Shown piece by piece: positions 13,401-27,014 of a stretch of 64,000 nucleotides of DNA; position 1 is the first letter of the stretch, and every line of letters begins with the position of its first letter. The notes beneath the pieces were generated by a model. The model saw nothing but the letters and a program-made list of their open reading frames with translations, ran no database searches and had not been told where the DNA came from. The stretch is from the NCBI RefSeq assembly GCF_030028105.1, contig NC_092384.1, positions 12,736,316 to 12,800,315 on the forward strand, in the 5' to 3' direction. The translations under genes were made by a program, and so were the position numbers. Source of the DNA: Mobula birostris (taxonomy: Eukaryota).

Positions 13401-14850
13401 TGTAAAGGAAATACAATTTCAGTGGGAAATTTCTGTTTCAATGGGAAATAGATATAGCATGTAAGAAAGGCAATTTTACAATAGCCATAGGGGATTTCAA
13501 TATGCAGCTAACTGAGGAAAATGAGGTTGGTGTTAGATTCCAACAGAGGGAAATTTTAGAATGCAAAGGAGATTGCTGTCTGGAGAAGCTTGAGTTGAGC
13601 CTTCCAGGAGAAAAGCAACTCTGTAATTAGCATTGTCTAATAACAATAATTTGATTAGGGAACTTAAGATAAAGGAACCATTGGGAGGCAGTGATCCGAA
13701 AATGATAGCATTCATCCTGCAGTTTGAGACGGAAAAGCTAAAGTTAGATGTATCAGTATTACAGGGGAGTAAAGGGGAGTAAAGGGGATTACAGAGACAT
13801 GACAGAGAGAGTTGGGTAATGTTGTTTGGAAGGGGTTGGTAGAGCAATAATCCTGGAGTTTCTGGGGGAATTCAGAAGTTGCAAGATAGGTACATCCCAA
13901 AGAAGAAGCATTCTGAAGGGAGGACGAGGCAACCGAAGTCAAATAAAGCATAAAATAAAAGCGAGGTCATATAACATCGCAAAAATACTAGTGGGAAGTT
14001 ATAGGATTGGGAGGTTTATTAAATAAACAACAGAAAGACATTAAAAATATGGAGGGAAAAGACGAAATGTCGAGGTAAGCTAGCCAATGAGGCTACCAAA
14101 AGTTTTTTCTTTTCAGACATATAAAGAGTAAAAGGAATATGAGAGTGGATATTGGACCGCTGGAAAATAATGCTGGTGAGGAACTAATAGTGAACAAAGA
14201 AATGGTGGATGACCTTTATAAATATTTTGCATCAATCTTCAGCATGGAAGCCAGGGGCAATATGCCAGAAATTCGAGAATGTCAGGGAGCAGAAGACAGT
14301 GTAGCTGTTATTACTTATGGAGAATCTGCTTACGAAGCTGAAAGATCTGAAGATAGATTTGTCACCTAGACAAAACAGACTACACCCCAGAGTCCTAAAA
14401 GAGGTAGCTGAAATGATTGTGGATGCATTATATATGGTCTTTCAAGAATCACAAGTTTCTAGAATTCTTCCAGAGGACTGCAAAATTGCAAAGGTCACCC
14501 CACACTTTAAGAAGGCAGAATGAAGGAAATTATAGGCCATTTAGTCTGACTAGTGGTTGTAAAATGCTTATGTCCATTACTAAGGGTGAGGTTTCAGGGT
14601 ACTTGAAGGCGCATGATAAAATTAGCCAAAGTCAGTATAATTTTCTTAATGGAAACTCTTGCCTAACAAACCTTTTTGAATTCTTTGAGGAAATAACAGG
14701 CAGGATAGACAAAGGACAGTCAGTGCGTTGCCTATTTGGATATTTAGAAGGCCTTTAACAAGCTTCCTCACATGAGGTTGCTTAACAAGATATGGCCCCA
14801 GGGTATTACAGTAAAGATACGATCATGGTGAAGATTGGCTGATAGGCAGT
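13400..14850 (+). mobile_element. Old degenerate CR1 ORF2 fragment
   Basis: LGGSDPKMI, LHPRVLKEVA, NYRPFSLTS, SCLTNLFEFFEE in broken frames. Confidence 0.7.
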
Positions 14851-15153
14851 ATATCTCTCTTGCAAGTCGGTGGCCATAACTGCACACAATAAAGGTGACA
14901 ATAATAAATTAAGTTGCCGATTTTAGATGTCCCTTCTAGAAGAGAGAGGGGGAGGAAGGATGGGAGAGAGCAAGGGAAAGAGGGTGGGTGTAACAAGGGA
15001 AGAGAAGCAAGATTGTCAGCTATTCCATATTATTTAGGACTTCCTGTACTGAAATACAAAACGAACCATTCTGCTTTCTATACATACATACATGTATATA
15101 TTGCATGTTGTGTCATGTGATCCCCATACTTATAGACTGAACAAGCTTCACTC

Positions 15154-16325
15154 TGTCATGGTCCAGTCCATGAAGTCATCATTCCGGTTCACGGTCCGGT
15201 CCGCAGACTCAGGACTCCGGGTCTACCAGCTGTCCCTTGTTTCGGCTGGGTTCATCATAGGTAACTGATTCCAATCTTGGGGCTTGGAATATAAGTAGCC
15301 TTGAGGTTGAGTGTGGGCTGCTGGTTTGTCTTGTCAAGATCCTTTGGGAGCAACCTGCCGGTGGAAGGCTAGAGCGGCCACTTGCCATCTTTAAGCCGCT
15401 TTTGAGAACCATCGCTTCATGGAGCCTTGCTGTCGGTAGTCGGAGTTGTCTTTGCGGTATGGATTCGGCCGTTTCCTGGGCCAGCTGAGTGGCCGTCAGT
15501 CACTCCGAGCTAGGTAGGGATCCGGCTGTTTCCGTAGCCAGCCGAGGTTGCTGGCCGTAACTGCGACTTGGAGCAACCCCGATGCAGAGGTGGAACTGTC
15601 TGCAGTTTTTCGGTGTTTGTCTCTTCTTGTCCTCGCCTCCGTGGGGTAAGTCAGGCCGTTCTGTTGTTGCTCTGCGGGGGGATCTGTCTTGTCTTGTCCT
15701 CGCCTCCGTGGAGTAAATCCAGCCGTTCTGCAGTTATCCGACGGATGGACATGTCTCACCTTGGTGTGGAGATAAAGTTGAGTCCGGGCTTCTCTAAGGA
15801 TAACTCCCGGCTCTATGTCTACGTACTGTCCAGTCTCATGTTAGTGTCCTGTTAAAGATGAGTCCCGGCTTTTCGAAGGATAAGTCCCTGCTCTATGTTG
15901 ATGTTCCCAGTGTGTCGTTGAGCTCCAGCCTCCACATTCTAAGACCCCAGCCTGCAGCCCCAAGCCTCAAGACCCCAGCCACATTCTGTCCTGTAGCCAT
16001 GTTATGTCCTTGGCTAGTACTGGGGTCCGATCCCGAGGCAAAACCTAGGTTCTAGGTCCTTGTCCAGACTCTGGCTCAGACTCCAAGCACATACTTCTAG
16101 TTCATGGTTCCTAGTCCTGGTCCTGCTTTCCCAAGCCTAGGCTCCTAGTTCATATTTCCTTTTCCGGGTTCCCTGTCTAGTCCATGTCCTAGCCCAAGTC
16201 TGCGTTTTTGTCCCTGATCCTTGTCTTTATCCTGTCACGTCCCTACTCTAGTCAAGTCCTGTTCCTGGTACTTCAGTGTCTGTGCCTTGCATTTGGGTCC
16301 GTTCCCAACGCGCCCCATTGTGACA
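15154..16325. mobile_element. Solo LTR (Gypsy-type), 1172 bp
   Basis: Starts tgtcatgg, ends ttgtgaca; perfect 5-bp TSD cactc (15149-15153 / 16326-16330); no coding sequence. Confidence 0.85.
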
Positions 16326-16489
16326 CACTCAAAGTTACAAACCCCGAACACACCATCAAACACAGCCTAACGTGTTTTTTGGAAGTACAGGTGCTGCCCA
16401 CCTTTGTGCAGTCGCAGAAACTAGAACCTTGCTTCAACAATAATGTCATAAGTCGGTGGATTGAGTTCAAGAGCTACGAATTAATATTG

Positions 16490-19030
16490 CTCTGCTTGGA
16501 CTAGTGTGCTCAATTTTCATCATCTCATTATAAGAAGGATGTGGAAGTTTTAGAGAAAGTGCAAAGGAGATTTATCAGGACGCTGCATGTCTTATAAGGA
16601 TAGGCTGAGTGAGCTAGAGCTTTCCTCTTTGTAGCGAATCAGGATGAGAGGTGACTTGACAGAGGTGTACAGGAAAATAAGAGCCATACATAGAGTGGAT
16701 AACCATAGACCTTTACCAGGGTGAAAATGGCTAATATGAGGAGTATGATTTTGACGTGATTGGCGGAACATATGCGGGGGGGGGGGGCGGGGGGTGGAGG
16801 TGGAATTAAAAATATGATTTTTTTTTTTTTTTTTTTTTTTACACAGGAAGTGCCCGGTGCACGGAATGCCACACCAGGGGTAATGCAGATCCCTGAGGCA
16901 CACCACTGGTCACCGATTTCCATGCAGAATATGGCCCATCTACAACCACCTACAACCACTGATTGCCTTCTGTGGGTAAGCCAGTTCTGGATCCACAAAA
17001 CAATGTCCCCTTGGATCCCATGCCTCCTTACTTTATCAATAATCCTTGCATGGAGTACCTTATCAAATGCTCTGCTGAAATCCATATACACTACATCTAC
17101 TACTCTTCCTTCATCAGTGTGTTTCGTCACATCGTCAAAAAATTTCAATCCGATTCGTGAGGCATGACCTAGCCTAAACAAAGATATGCTGACTATTCCT
17201 AATATTATATCTCTCTAAATGTTCATGAATCCTGCCTTTCAGGATCTTCTCCATCAACTTAGCAACTATTGAAGTAAGACTCACAGTTCTATAATTTCCT
17301 GGGCTATGTCTACAAACTTTCTTGAATAAAGGAACAACTCTGGCAGGGATGTGATTGGTAAGTGGGAGGCCTTCAAAGGAGAAATTTTGAGAGTGCAGAG
17401 TTTGTATGTTCCTGTCAGGATTAAAGGCAAAGTGAATAAAAATAAGGAACCTTGGTTCTCAAGGGCTATTGGAACTCTGATAAAGAAGAAGAGAGAGATG
17501 TATGATATGTACAGAAAACAGGGAGCAAATAAGGTGCTTGAGGAGTATAAAAAGTGCAAAGAATACTTAAGAAAGAAATCAGGACGGCGAAAAGAAGACA
17601 TGAGGTTGCTTGGGCAGTCAAGGTGAAGGATAATCCGAAGAGCTTCTACAGATATATTAAGAGCAAAGGGATAGTAAGGGATAAATGGAAATAGGGCAAA
17701 CAAGTAGTGCCGTCATGGAACCTATACGGATTCAGCAGGAGGAGGAGGTGCTTGCTATCTTGAGGCAACTCAGAGGAGATAAATCCCCAGGATCTGACAG
17801 GGTATTTCCTCAGACCTTCCCTGGCAGATATATTTAAAATGTTGTTATCTATGGGTGAGGTGCCTGAGGATTGGAGGATAGCTCATTTTGTTCTGTTATT
17901 TTAAAAAAGGCTCTAAAAGTAATCAGGGAAATGATAGGCCGGTAAGTTTGACGTCAGTAGTAGGCATATTATTGGAAGGAGTACTGAGAGATAGGATTTA
18001 CAAGTATTTAGATAAACAAGGACTTATTAGGGAGAGTTAACATGGCTTTGTGTGTGGTAGATCATGTTTAACCAATCTATTAGAGTTTTTCGAGAAGGTT
18101 ACCAAGAAAGTGGATGAAGGAAAGGCAGTGAATGTTGTCTACATGGACTTCAGTAAGGCCTTTGACAAGGTCCCGCATGGGAGGTTAGTTAAGAAGATTC
18201 AGTCGTTAGGTATACATGGAGAGGTAGTAAATTGGGTTAGACATTGGCTCAAAGGAAGAAGCCAGAGAGTGATAGTGGAGGATTGCTTCTCTGAGTGGAG
18301 GCCTGTGATTAGTGGTGTGCAGTACAACAGAAGGATCTGGGATTACAGATAGAAAATTCCCTATAAGTGGCGTCACAGGTAGATAGGGTCGTAAAGAGAG
18401 CTTTTGGTACATTGGCCTTTCAAAGTATTGAGTATAAGAGTTGGAATGTTATGGTGAGGTTGTATAATGCATTGATGAGGCTGAATCTGGAATAGTGTGT
18501 ACAGTTTTGGTCACCAACCTATAGGAAGGATATTAATTAGGCTGAAAGAGTGCAGAGTAGGTTTACAAGGATGTTGCCGGGACTTGAGAAATTGAGTTAC
18601 AGAGAAAGGTTGAATAGGTTACGGCTTTATTCCCTGGAGCGTAGAAGAATGAGGGGAGATTTGATCAAGGCATATAAAATTATGATGGGTATAGATAGAG
18701 AGAATGCAAGCAAGCTTTTCCACTGAGGCTAGGGGAAGAAAAAAACAGAGGACATGGGTTGAGGGTGAAGGGGGAAAAGTTTAAAGGGAACATGGGGGGG
18801 GGGCTTCTTCACACAGAGAGTGGTGGGGGTGTGGAATGAGCTGCAAGATGAAGTGGTAAATGCGGGCTCATTTTTAACATTTAAGAAAAATTTGGACAGG
18901 TACATGCATGAGAAGTGTATGGAGGGATATGGTCCAGGTGCAGGTCAGTGGGACTAGGCAGAAAAATGGTTCGGCACAGCCAAGAAGGGCGAGAAAGCCT
19001 CTTTCTGCGCTATAATGTTCTATGGTCCTG
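16490..19030 (+). mobile_element. Rearranged CR1 ORF2 fragments (plus 3' piece, inverted RT piece ~16890-17340, then plus-strand RT to 3' end)
   Basis: Minus ORF 16639-17181 VYMDFSRAFDKV; plus ORFs 17351-17626 and 18050-18352 SCLTNLLEFF..YMDFSKAFDKVPH. Confidence 0.75.
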
Positions 19031-19039
19031 TGGTTCTGT

Positions 19040-21380
19040 CGCCAACCCTGCAATCCTCCAGAACCTCTCCCGTCCCCACTGATGATGCAACGATCATCAC
19101 CAGAGGCTTAGCATTCTCCTCCCTCGCCTCCCACAGTACCCTGGGGGGGGCATCTCATCCGGTCCCGGCGACTTATCCAATTTAATTCTTTCCAAAGGTT
19201 CCAGCACATCCTCTTTCTTAATATGTACATGCTCAAGCTTTTCAGTCTGCTGCAAATCATCACTACAATCACCAAGATCCTTTTCCATAGTAAATACTGA
19301 AGTAAAGTATTCATTAATTATCTCCGCCATTTCCTCCGGTTCCATAGACACTTGCCCACTGTCACACTTGATGGGTCCTATTCTTTCACATCTTATCTTC
19401 TTGCTCTTCATATACTTGTAGAATGCCTTGGAGTTTTCCTTAATCCTGCTCGCCAAGGCCTTTTCATGTCCCCTTCTGGCTTTCCTAATTTCCTTCTTAA
19501 GCTCCTTCCTACTAGCCTTATAATCTTCTAGATCTCTAACATCACCAAGATCTCTGAACCTTTTGTAAGCTTTTCTTTTCTTCTTGACTAGATTTATTAC
19601 AGCCTTTGTACACTACGGATCCTGTACCCTACCATAACTTCCCTGTCTCATTGGAACGTACCTATGCAGAACTCCACACAAATATCCCCTGAACATTTGG
19701 CACATTTCTTTCGTACTTTTCCCTGAGAACATCTGTTCCCAGTTTAAGCTTCCAATTTCCTGTCTGATAGCCTGATAATTCCCCTTCCTCCAATTAGACT
19801 CTTTTTCAACTTCTCTGTTCCTATCTCTCTCCAATTCTATTGTAAAGGAGATAGAATTATGGTTACTATCTCCAAAATGCTCTCCCACTGAGATCTGACA
19901 CCTGACAAGGTTCATTTCCCAATACCAAATCAAGTACAGTCTCTCCTCTTGTAGACTTATTGACATATTGTGTCAAGAAACCTTCCTGAACACACCTAAC
20001 AAACTCCACCCCATCTATATCCCTTGCTCAACGGAGATGCCAATCGATATTTGGTGAATTAAAATCTCCCATCAGAATAATTCTGTTATTATTACTTCTT
20101 TCCAGGATCCGTTTCCCTATCTGCTCCTCGAAATCCCTGTTACTATTGGGCGTCCAATAAAGAACACCCAGTAAAGTTATTGACTCCTTCCTGTTCCAAA
20201 AAGACCCAGAAAATGTCCCAATGATCTCGAAATCTGAATCCCTGCCCCGTGCTACAATTCCTGAGCCACGCATTTATCTGCCACCTCATTCTATTCCTAT
20301 ACTCACTATACATGACGTAGCATAGGCAGTAATCCCGAGATTACTACCTTTGTGGTCCTGCTTCTCAACTTCCTTCCTAACTCTTTGTAGTCTGTTTACA
20401 GGACCTCTTCCCTTTTCCTACCTATGTCATTGGTACCAATATGTACCACGACTTCTGGCTCTTCTCCCTGCCACTGCAGGATATCGTGGACGCGATCTGA
20501 AACATCCCGGACCCTGGCACCTGGGAGGCAAACTATCTTCCGAGTTTTTTTTTCCCTGCGTCCAAAGAATCACCTGTCTGACCCCATAACTATAGAGTCC
20601 CCTATCACTACTGCCTCCCTCTTCTTTTCCCTACCCTGCTGAGCCACAGAACCGGACTCTGTACCAGAGGCTCTGTACTGTTGTTTCTCCCAGGTAGGCC
20701 GTCCCCCCAAACAGTACTCAAACAGGAGTACTTACTGTCAAGGGGTACAGCTACAGGAGTAATCTCTAGTACCTAACTCTTCTCCTTCCCTCTCTTTACT
20801 GTTACCCACTTGTCTGTCTCCCGTGGCCCCGGTGTGACAACCTGCCTACAACTCCTTTCTATCACCTCCTCGTTCTCCCTGATCAGACGATGTTTATCGA
20901 GCTACAACTCCAGTTTCCTAACGCGGTCTCTTAGGAGCTGCAGCTCGACACACCCGGTGCAGATATGGACGTCCGGGAGGCTGGGAGACTCCAGAACCTC
21001 TCACATCTGACACTGAGCAGAGAAAACTGGCCTTCCTTTCTGCTATTAACACAGGAAAATCTCCCTCCCCTCGTTACCGCCTAAGCTTGTTGAGCCAATG
21101 CCCTATCACTCTGCTACCCCTTCACTCCGCTGCCTACTCCGAACGCTGCCCACTGGATATGGCGGTCTTCTTTTTAAACTTTTCCGCTCTACTGGCTGAT
21201 GTTACCCGCCTGCGCAGTCTTGCGTCTCTTTACCCCGAGTAGTAAAATGCCTTCGCTCTGGAAATCCTCAGCCGTTCACTCGCAGCCTTCTTGCTTCGAT
21301 CTAAAACCGCTGAAGATTCCTTGCCTTTTTAAACTTTTCACGCTCTACTGGCCGATGCATGCGCCTGCGTAGTCTTGCAT
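19040..21380 (-). mobile_element. CR1 LINE 5' two-thirds (5'UTR, ORF1 esterase, APE, start of RT), internally deleted
   Basis: VIGDSIVIG..HIGTNDIG (20424-20642); MGDFNSPNIDW; LDKSPGPDEM (19097-19456). Confidence 0.85.
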
Positions 21381-22559
21381 TAGATCAGATCTCACACGAT
21401 GAATGATACAAACTTGCAGGGTACAGAGTAGGGGTGGGGAAGCCGGAGGAGGAATTCACTGGTAATCTGTGAGTTACCCTACACTGCTGGTCCCATCTGA
21501 GTTATGTGAACCTGCAGGAACACCCTTACCCTCACACCCTGCTCCTCCCTACGTAATGCCCAGACTACAAGGCTCTGATATCCACAAAGGAACTTAACTC
21601 ATGTTTTGTGGTTAACTGCTGACTTGGCAGTCAGAGGATTCCTGTAATGTTTTGCATTTCCTTTTTGACACAGGGAGTTAGTTGTTACAAAGGGCGCATC
21701 AAGTCGACTGGAGCTTGTCACTCACCATCACAAGTATAATATACACTGCAACTTAAAACCTGTCCTTGGGCCGAGTAACAATTCCTGCAAAATACTGAGA
21801 AATTTGAACATTGTAAAATAGTGGGATAGTAGAAAAGACCTGGTCTATGATTGTTATTTCATTTTGCATCATTCGGAACTGGAAAAAGCCACAGAAATCC
21901 TCAAAGCTGATCTGAATTAGATCCTTAATGGTCTATGCCTCAGTCAGATTCATTCATCAGTCTCGTGAAATCCCCATACAACAAATAATAATCCATTATT
22001 TTCAGGAAAGTTTCAATTGCCCTTTGGTCGGAAAGAATTCCAGTTTGACAGAACTGCGTTTAAAATTCTATCATGTTTTTACTGTTGAACAGTTAACATT
22101 AACTTAAAGATTCAGTCACCTCATTCTTCAGCATTGGAACAAAAGGAGATAGGTTTGCTGCTTCTGTTCATTTTAACATTTTGCACACATTGTTCAAATC
22201 TCTTCCAGTGATTTCAGAACAACAAAGAAGAAACTAACATGGAGGGGCAGTTTGATTCAAACATATATGATTCTCGGAGATCTTGACAGGATAGAGGTGG
22301 AGAGGATGTTTCTTCTTGAGAGAGAGACTAGAACTAGGAGTCTAAGGAAACGGGACTAAACTGGCCATTTTCATTGCCGACTAACTGGACTCTGAAAACT
22401 CACACTTGTTCCTCAAGTGCACAGTATATTTACTTGCGCACAAGAAGAACAATCTGGTTCCTGTCACCACACTGTTCTGCAGTTGGAAAAAAGAAATGCA
22501 ATTCTTATACAGAATGAATCTATTGGATACGGACAATGACCAATTGGTAACATTGTGTA

Positions 22560-24960
22560 TGTTCAAATTCGCACTTTATGTGATTAATCACCAATCATAG
22601 TAAGACAATATAGATATTAATGGCCAATAGAATCTAGTTAAATGCCAATAATGCTCACATTAAGAAATTAAATTACCAATAGTATATTTAATACTTCAGT
22701 AATGCTTGAATAATATTATAAATATATTGTTTGATAAAGCATTCTTTGTCCATATAATTTATTATCAGTTATATAGGAAGACAGCAGGATACCGGACACT
22801 CAAGGGTGGCAGGGAAGAGAAGTGTGCGCAGTCACAATTACGACAGAGAAAGTACTCAGGAAGCTGAATAGGCTAAAGATCGATAAATCTCCTGGACCAG
22901 ATGGAATGCACCCTCATGTTCTGAAGGAAGTAGCTGTGGAGATTGCGGAGGCATTAGCGATGATCTTTCAAAAGTCGATAGATTCTGGCATGGTTCCGGA
23001 AGACTGGAAGATTGCAAATGTCACTCCGCTATTTAAGAAGGGGGCAAGGAAGCAAAAAGGAAATTATAGACCTGTTAGCTTGACGTCGGTGGTTGGGAAG
23101 TTGTTGGAGTCGATTGTCAAGGATGAGGTTACAGAGTACCTGGAGGCATATGACAAGATAGGCAGAACTCAGCATGGATTCCTTAAAGGAAAATCCTGCC
23201 TGACAAACCTATTACAATTTTTTGAGGAAATTACCAGTAGGCTAGACAAGGGAGATGCAGTGGATGTTGTATATTTGTATTTTCAGAAGGCCTTTGACAA
23301 GGTGCCACAGATGAGGCTGCTTAACAAGATAAGAGCCCATGGAATTACATGAAAGTTACATATGTGGATAGAGCGTTGGCTGATTGGCAGGAAACAGAGA
23401 GTGGGAATAAAGGGATCCTATTCTGGTTGGCTGCCGGTTACCAGTGGTGTTCCACAGGGATCAGTGTTGGGGCCGCTTCTTTTTACATTGTACATCAACG
23501 ATTTGGATTATGGAATAGATGGCTTTGTGGCTAAGTTTGCTGATGATACGAAGATAGGTGGAGGGGCCGGTAGTGCTGAGGAAATGGAGAGTCTGCAGAG
23601 AGACTTGGATAGATTGGAAGAATGGGCAGAGAAGTGGCAAATGAAGTACAATGTTGGAAAGTGTATGGTTATGCACTTTGGCAGAAAAAATAAACAGGCA
23701 GACTATTATTTAAATGGGGAAAGAATTCAAAGTTCTGAGATGCAACGGGACTTGGGAGTCTTCGTACAGGATTCCCTTAAAGTTAACCTCCAGGTTGAGT
23801 CGGTAGTGAAGAAGGCGAATGCAATGTTGGCATTCATTTCTAGAGGAATAGAGTATAGGAGCAGGGATGTGATGTTGAGGCTCTATAAGGCGCTGGTGAG
23901 ACCTCACTTGGAGTACTGTGGGCAGTTTTGGTCTCCTTATTTAAGAAAGGATGTGCTGACGTTGGAGAGGCTACAGAGAAGATTCACTAGAATGATTCCG
24001 GGAATGAGAGGGTTAACATATGAGGAACGTTTGTCCGCTCTTGGACTGTATTCCTTGGAGTTTAGAAGAATGAGGGGAGACCTCATAGAAACATTTCGAA
24101 TGTTAAAAGGCATGGACAGAGTGGATGTGACAAAGTTGTTTTCCATGATGGGGGAGTCTAGTACGAGAGGGCATGACTTCAGGATTGAAGGGCGCCCTTT
24201 CAGAACAGAAATGCGAAAAAATTTTTTTAGTCATTGGGTGGTGAATCTATGGAATTTGTTGCCACGGCCAGCAGTGGAGGCCAAGTCATTTGGTGTATTT
24301 AAGGCAGAGATTGATAGGTATCTGAGTAGCCAGGGCATCAAAAGTTATGGTGAGAAGGCGGGGCAGTGGGACTAAATAGGATAAAATGGATCAGCTCATG
24401 ATAAAATGGCGGAGCAGACTCGATGGGCCGAACGGCCTACTTCTGCTCCTTTGTCTTATGGTCTTATGTAAAGTATGTTAATGTCATATGTCATTATGGC
24501 ATCACGTCCTGTGTGCGCATCTCACTAAAGTAAAACGAAGTGGACACGTTTATACACGGCTCCCGTGTTATACTTTTGACTAGTTTCTGCAGTTACAAAA
24601 TTTAACAGTGGCGATGAGACGACTACCTACCTTCCTGCTGAAGAGCAGCACGTTTTTTTTCTCTCTTAGCAAGGGCCAGGGGACGCTCGGGTTAAAAGGT
24701 CGAGTGCAATACGTGTTTCTTCAGAAAGCGTGAGAGATAACTAAAGCAGAAAAAGAATGAAATTCGCTGAGTCATAAACAGTGAGTAGCAGAAATACTAA
24801 TAGTAAATAATAAAGAAGGATAAATAGCGGGCAACATCGAAGAAGTAGATTTGTTTAATTGCACAACTGGGTGATGTACACTGAACGAATCGAGCAGTAT
24901 TAGAAACAATTAAAATAGCCAATGAAAAGAGAGTGCCAGTTTTGATGAACATAATACATG
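22560..24960 (+). mobile_element. Gypsy LTR + PBS + start of gag, split by the CR1 at 22790-24468
   Basis: LTR ends ...tttaaca (24607), followed by tggcgatgag (24609-24618; tRNA-Ser-type PBS, canonical tggcgacgag); decayed gag N-terminus (..WVMYTERIEQY) at ~24870-24900. Confidence 0.55.
22790..24468 (+). mobile_element. Young 5'-truncated CR1, RT almost intact (one frameshift near 23350)
   Basis: ORFs 22822-23352 and 23362-24375 with complete RT motifs (QGSVLGP, FADDTK); (cttatggt)n tail. Confidence 0.95.
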
Positions 24961-24964
24961 GAAA

Positions 24965-26480
24965 AACATATATTTTTCATAAAAGTTTGATTGTCTCGAC
25001 CACTCCAGCTGAATTGAGCTTTGCTGATATCGGGAAAGTAATGCAGGAACTCTTAAAAGGGTTTTGACAAGGTGCTGTACATGAAACTGTTTAACAAGAT
25101 AAGACCTATAATACAGGAATAATATTAGCATGGATAGAAGATTAGCTGACTGGCAGGAGGCAAAGTGTGGAAATAAAGGCGGGGGGGGGGGCTTCTCTGG
25201 TTGGCTGCAGGTTATTCCACAGTGGTGTTCCACAGGGATCGGTGTTGGGAATGCTTCTTTTCAAGTTATATGTCAATGATTTGAATGTCAAAATTGATGG
25301 TTTTATGGCCAGTCTTGAGGACGATACGAAGACAGATGGAGGGCAAGTAGTGCTGAAGAAGCGGGAAGTCTACAGAAGGACTGAGTCAGAACGGGAGAAT
25401 GGAAAAATGGCAGATGGAATAGAAGAGCGTGGATGCGATGGTGAGGCTTTATAATGCGCTGGTGAGGCCTCACCTTGAGTATTGTGAGCAGTTTTGGGCT
25501 CCTCATCTAAGAAAAGATGTACTGGTTTGGAAAGGCTTCAGAGAAGGTTCACAAGGATGATCCGGGAATGCAAGGGTTATCATACGAGGATCTTTTGATA
25601 GCTACTCACTCGAATTAAGAAGTATGGTGTGGAGGAATCTTATTGAAACCTTTTAAACGTTGAACTTCCGAGACATGGTAGATGTAGAAAGGATGTTTCC
25701 TCTGGCGGGGAGTTCAGGACAAAAGGGTGTAGCCTCAGGATAGAGGGGCGTCTACTTAAAACAGAGATGCTGAAAAATTTCGTTTGCAAGACGGTGATGA
25801 ATTTTTTGAATTCGTTACCACAGGCAGCCGTGGAGGCCAGGTCGTTGGGTGTATTTAAGGCAGAGCTTGATAGGTTTTTGATTGAACACAACATCAAAAG
25901 TTAGGGGGAGAAGCCCGGGGAGTGGTGCTGAGAATGGGAAGAAAAGGACCAGCCATATGAGACGTCTGGGGCCCTTTACCTAAGAAAACATATGTTAGCA
26001 TTGGATGGCGTTCAGAGAAAGCTGACGAGAATGCTTCCGGTAGGAAAATGTCAACATATGATGGCTCTGAGCACGTATTCGATGGAGTTTATAAAACTAA
26101 GGAAGGATTGCATTGAAATCTATCAAACACGAAAAGCCTAGATAGAGTGTGTGTGAAGATGTTACGTACAGTGGATGCGACTAGGATCACGGGGCACAGC
26201 CGCAGAATAGAGGGACTTCCATTTAAAACAGAAGGGGTGGTATTTCTTTAGCCAGAGGGCAGTGAATTTGTGGAATTCATTGTTACAGACGGTTGTGAAG
26301 GCCAAGTCATTGAGTATATTTAAGGTTGATATGCTGTTCATTTGTCAAGGCGCCAAAGGTTATGGGAAGAAAGTTGGAGAATGGTTTGAGAGAGATAATA
26401 AATCAGGTATGATGGGTTCGCGGAACAGTCGCGATGGGCCGAATGGTCTAATTGTCCTCCTATGTCTAATGATATTGCAG
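24965..26480 (+). mobile_element. Degenerate CR1 RT/3' fragments
   Basis: HSGVPQGSVLGMLLF..LEDDTK (25167-25454); NLWNSL (26262). Confidence 0.7.
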
Positions 26481-26639
26481 TCTAATCTGAGAAATGGTAC
26501 CTCCATACAGCATATATTTGGCCCGCACCGATATATCTAGACGTGTAGATTTTACTGTTGAATTATTCCGAGCCCGTTAGCTGCAACAAATTGTCCTGCG
26601 AAATGCTTGCTGTTCACCACTCGTTGCACTTTGATTTCC

Positions 26640-26790
26640 GTTGCTTCAAGGATGAACAGGAAATACAGACTTGTACACGTGGGAAGGAAACCAAACGTCA
26701 TTGCGAAGGCCGCAAATTCAAAACAGATCAATCATTACCTGCATTAATCAAGGAAGTGCAGCATCAGTTGATTGCTTTGTTCGCAACGTC
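26640..26790 (+). promoter_or_regulatory. Putative TATA-less promoter of the Ig-superfamily gene with ETS-type GGAA sites
   Basis: CAGGAAAT 26657-26664, AGGAAA ~26685, AGGAAGTG 26751-26758 just upstream of the ATG; motif matches only. Confidence 0.3.
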
Positions 26791-26845
26791 ATGACTGCAA
26801 CGTTTCTCTCCTTGTTCATGACTCTCTCGAGGATTACTTGCTCAG
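26791..26845 (+). CDS. IgSF VJ-C1 receptor, exon 1: signal peptide MTATFLSLFMTLSRITCS
   Basis: gtcATGa start, hydrophobic leader, phase-1 donor CAG|gtactt; joins in frame to the V exon. Confidence 0.8.
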
Positions 26846-27014
26846 GTACTTTATTTCCATCTTCTTTAAATGCCAGAATATACAAAACTATGATTAGTTC
26901 AACCAGTAGAATCTATTTTTAACACATCTTTCCATATTTCCATGCCGAAATCCGTTCTGAAATGTTTGATGCCAAGTTCAATACAACTAACCGAATTTCA
27001 ACACGTTTTAATAG

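Noticed and set aside
21380-22250. Non-repeat island with possible acceptors (21674, ~22006)
   Set aside because: Weak donors, short unrecognisable peptides, no frame link to the receptor
26942-27014. N-terminal extensions of track ORFs 26942-27343, 27621-28103 and 28810-29013
   Set aside because: Intronic read-through upstream of the real acceptors at 27015, 27784 and 28892
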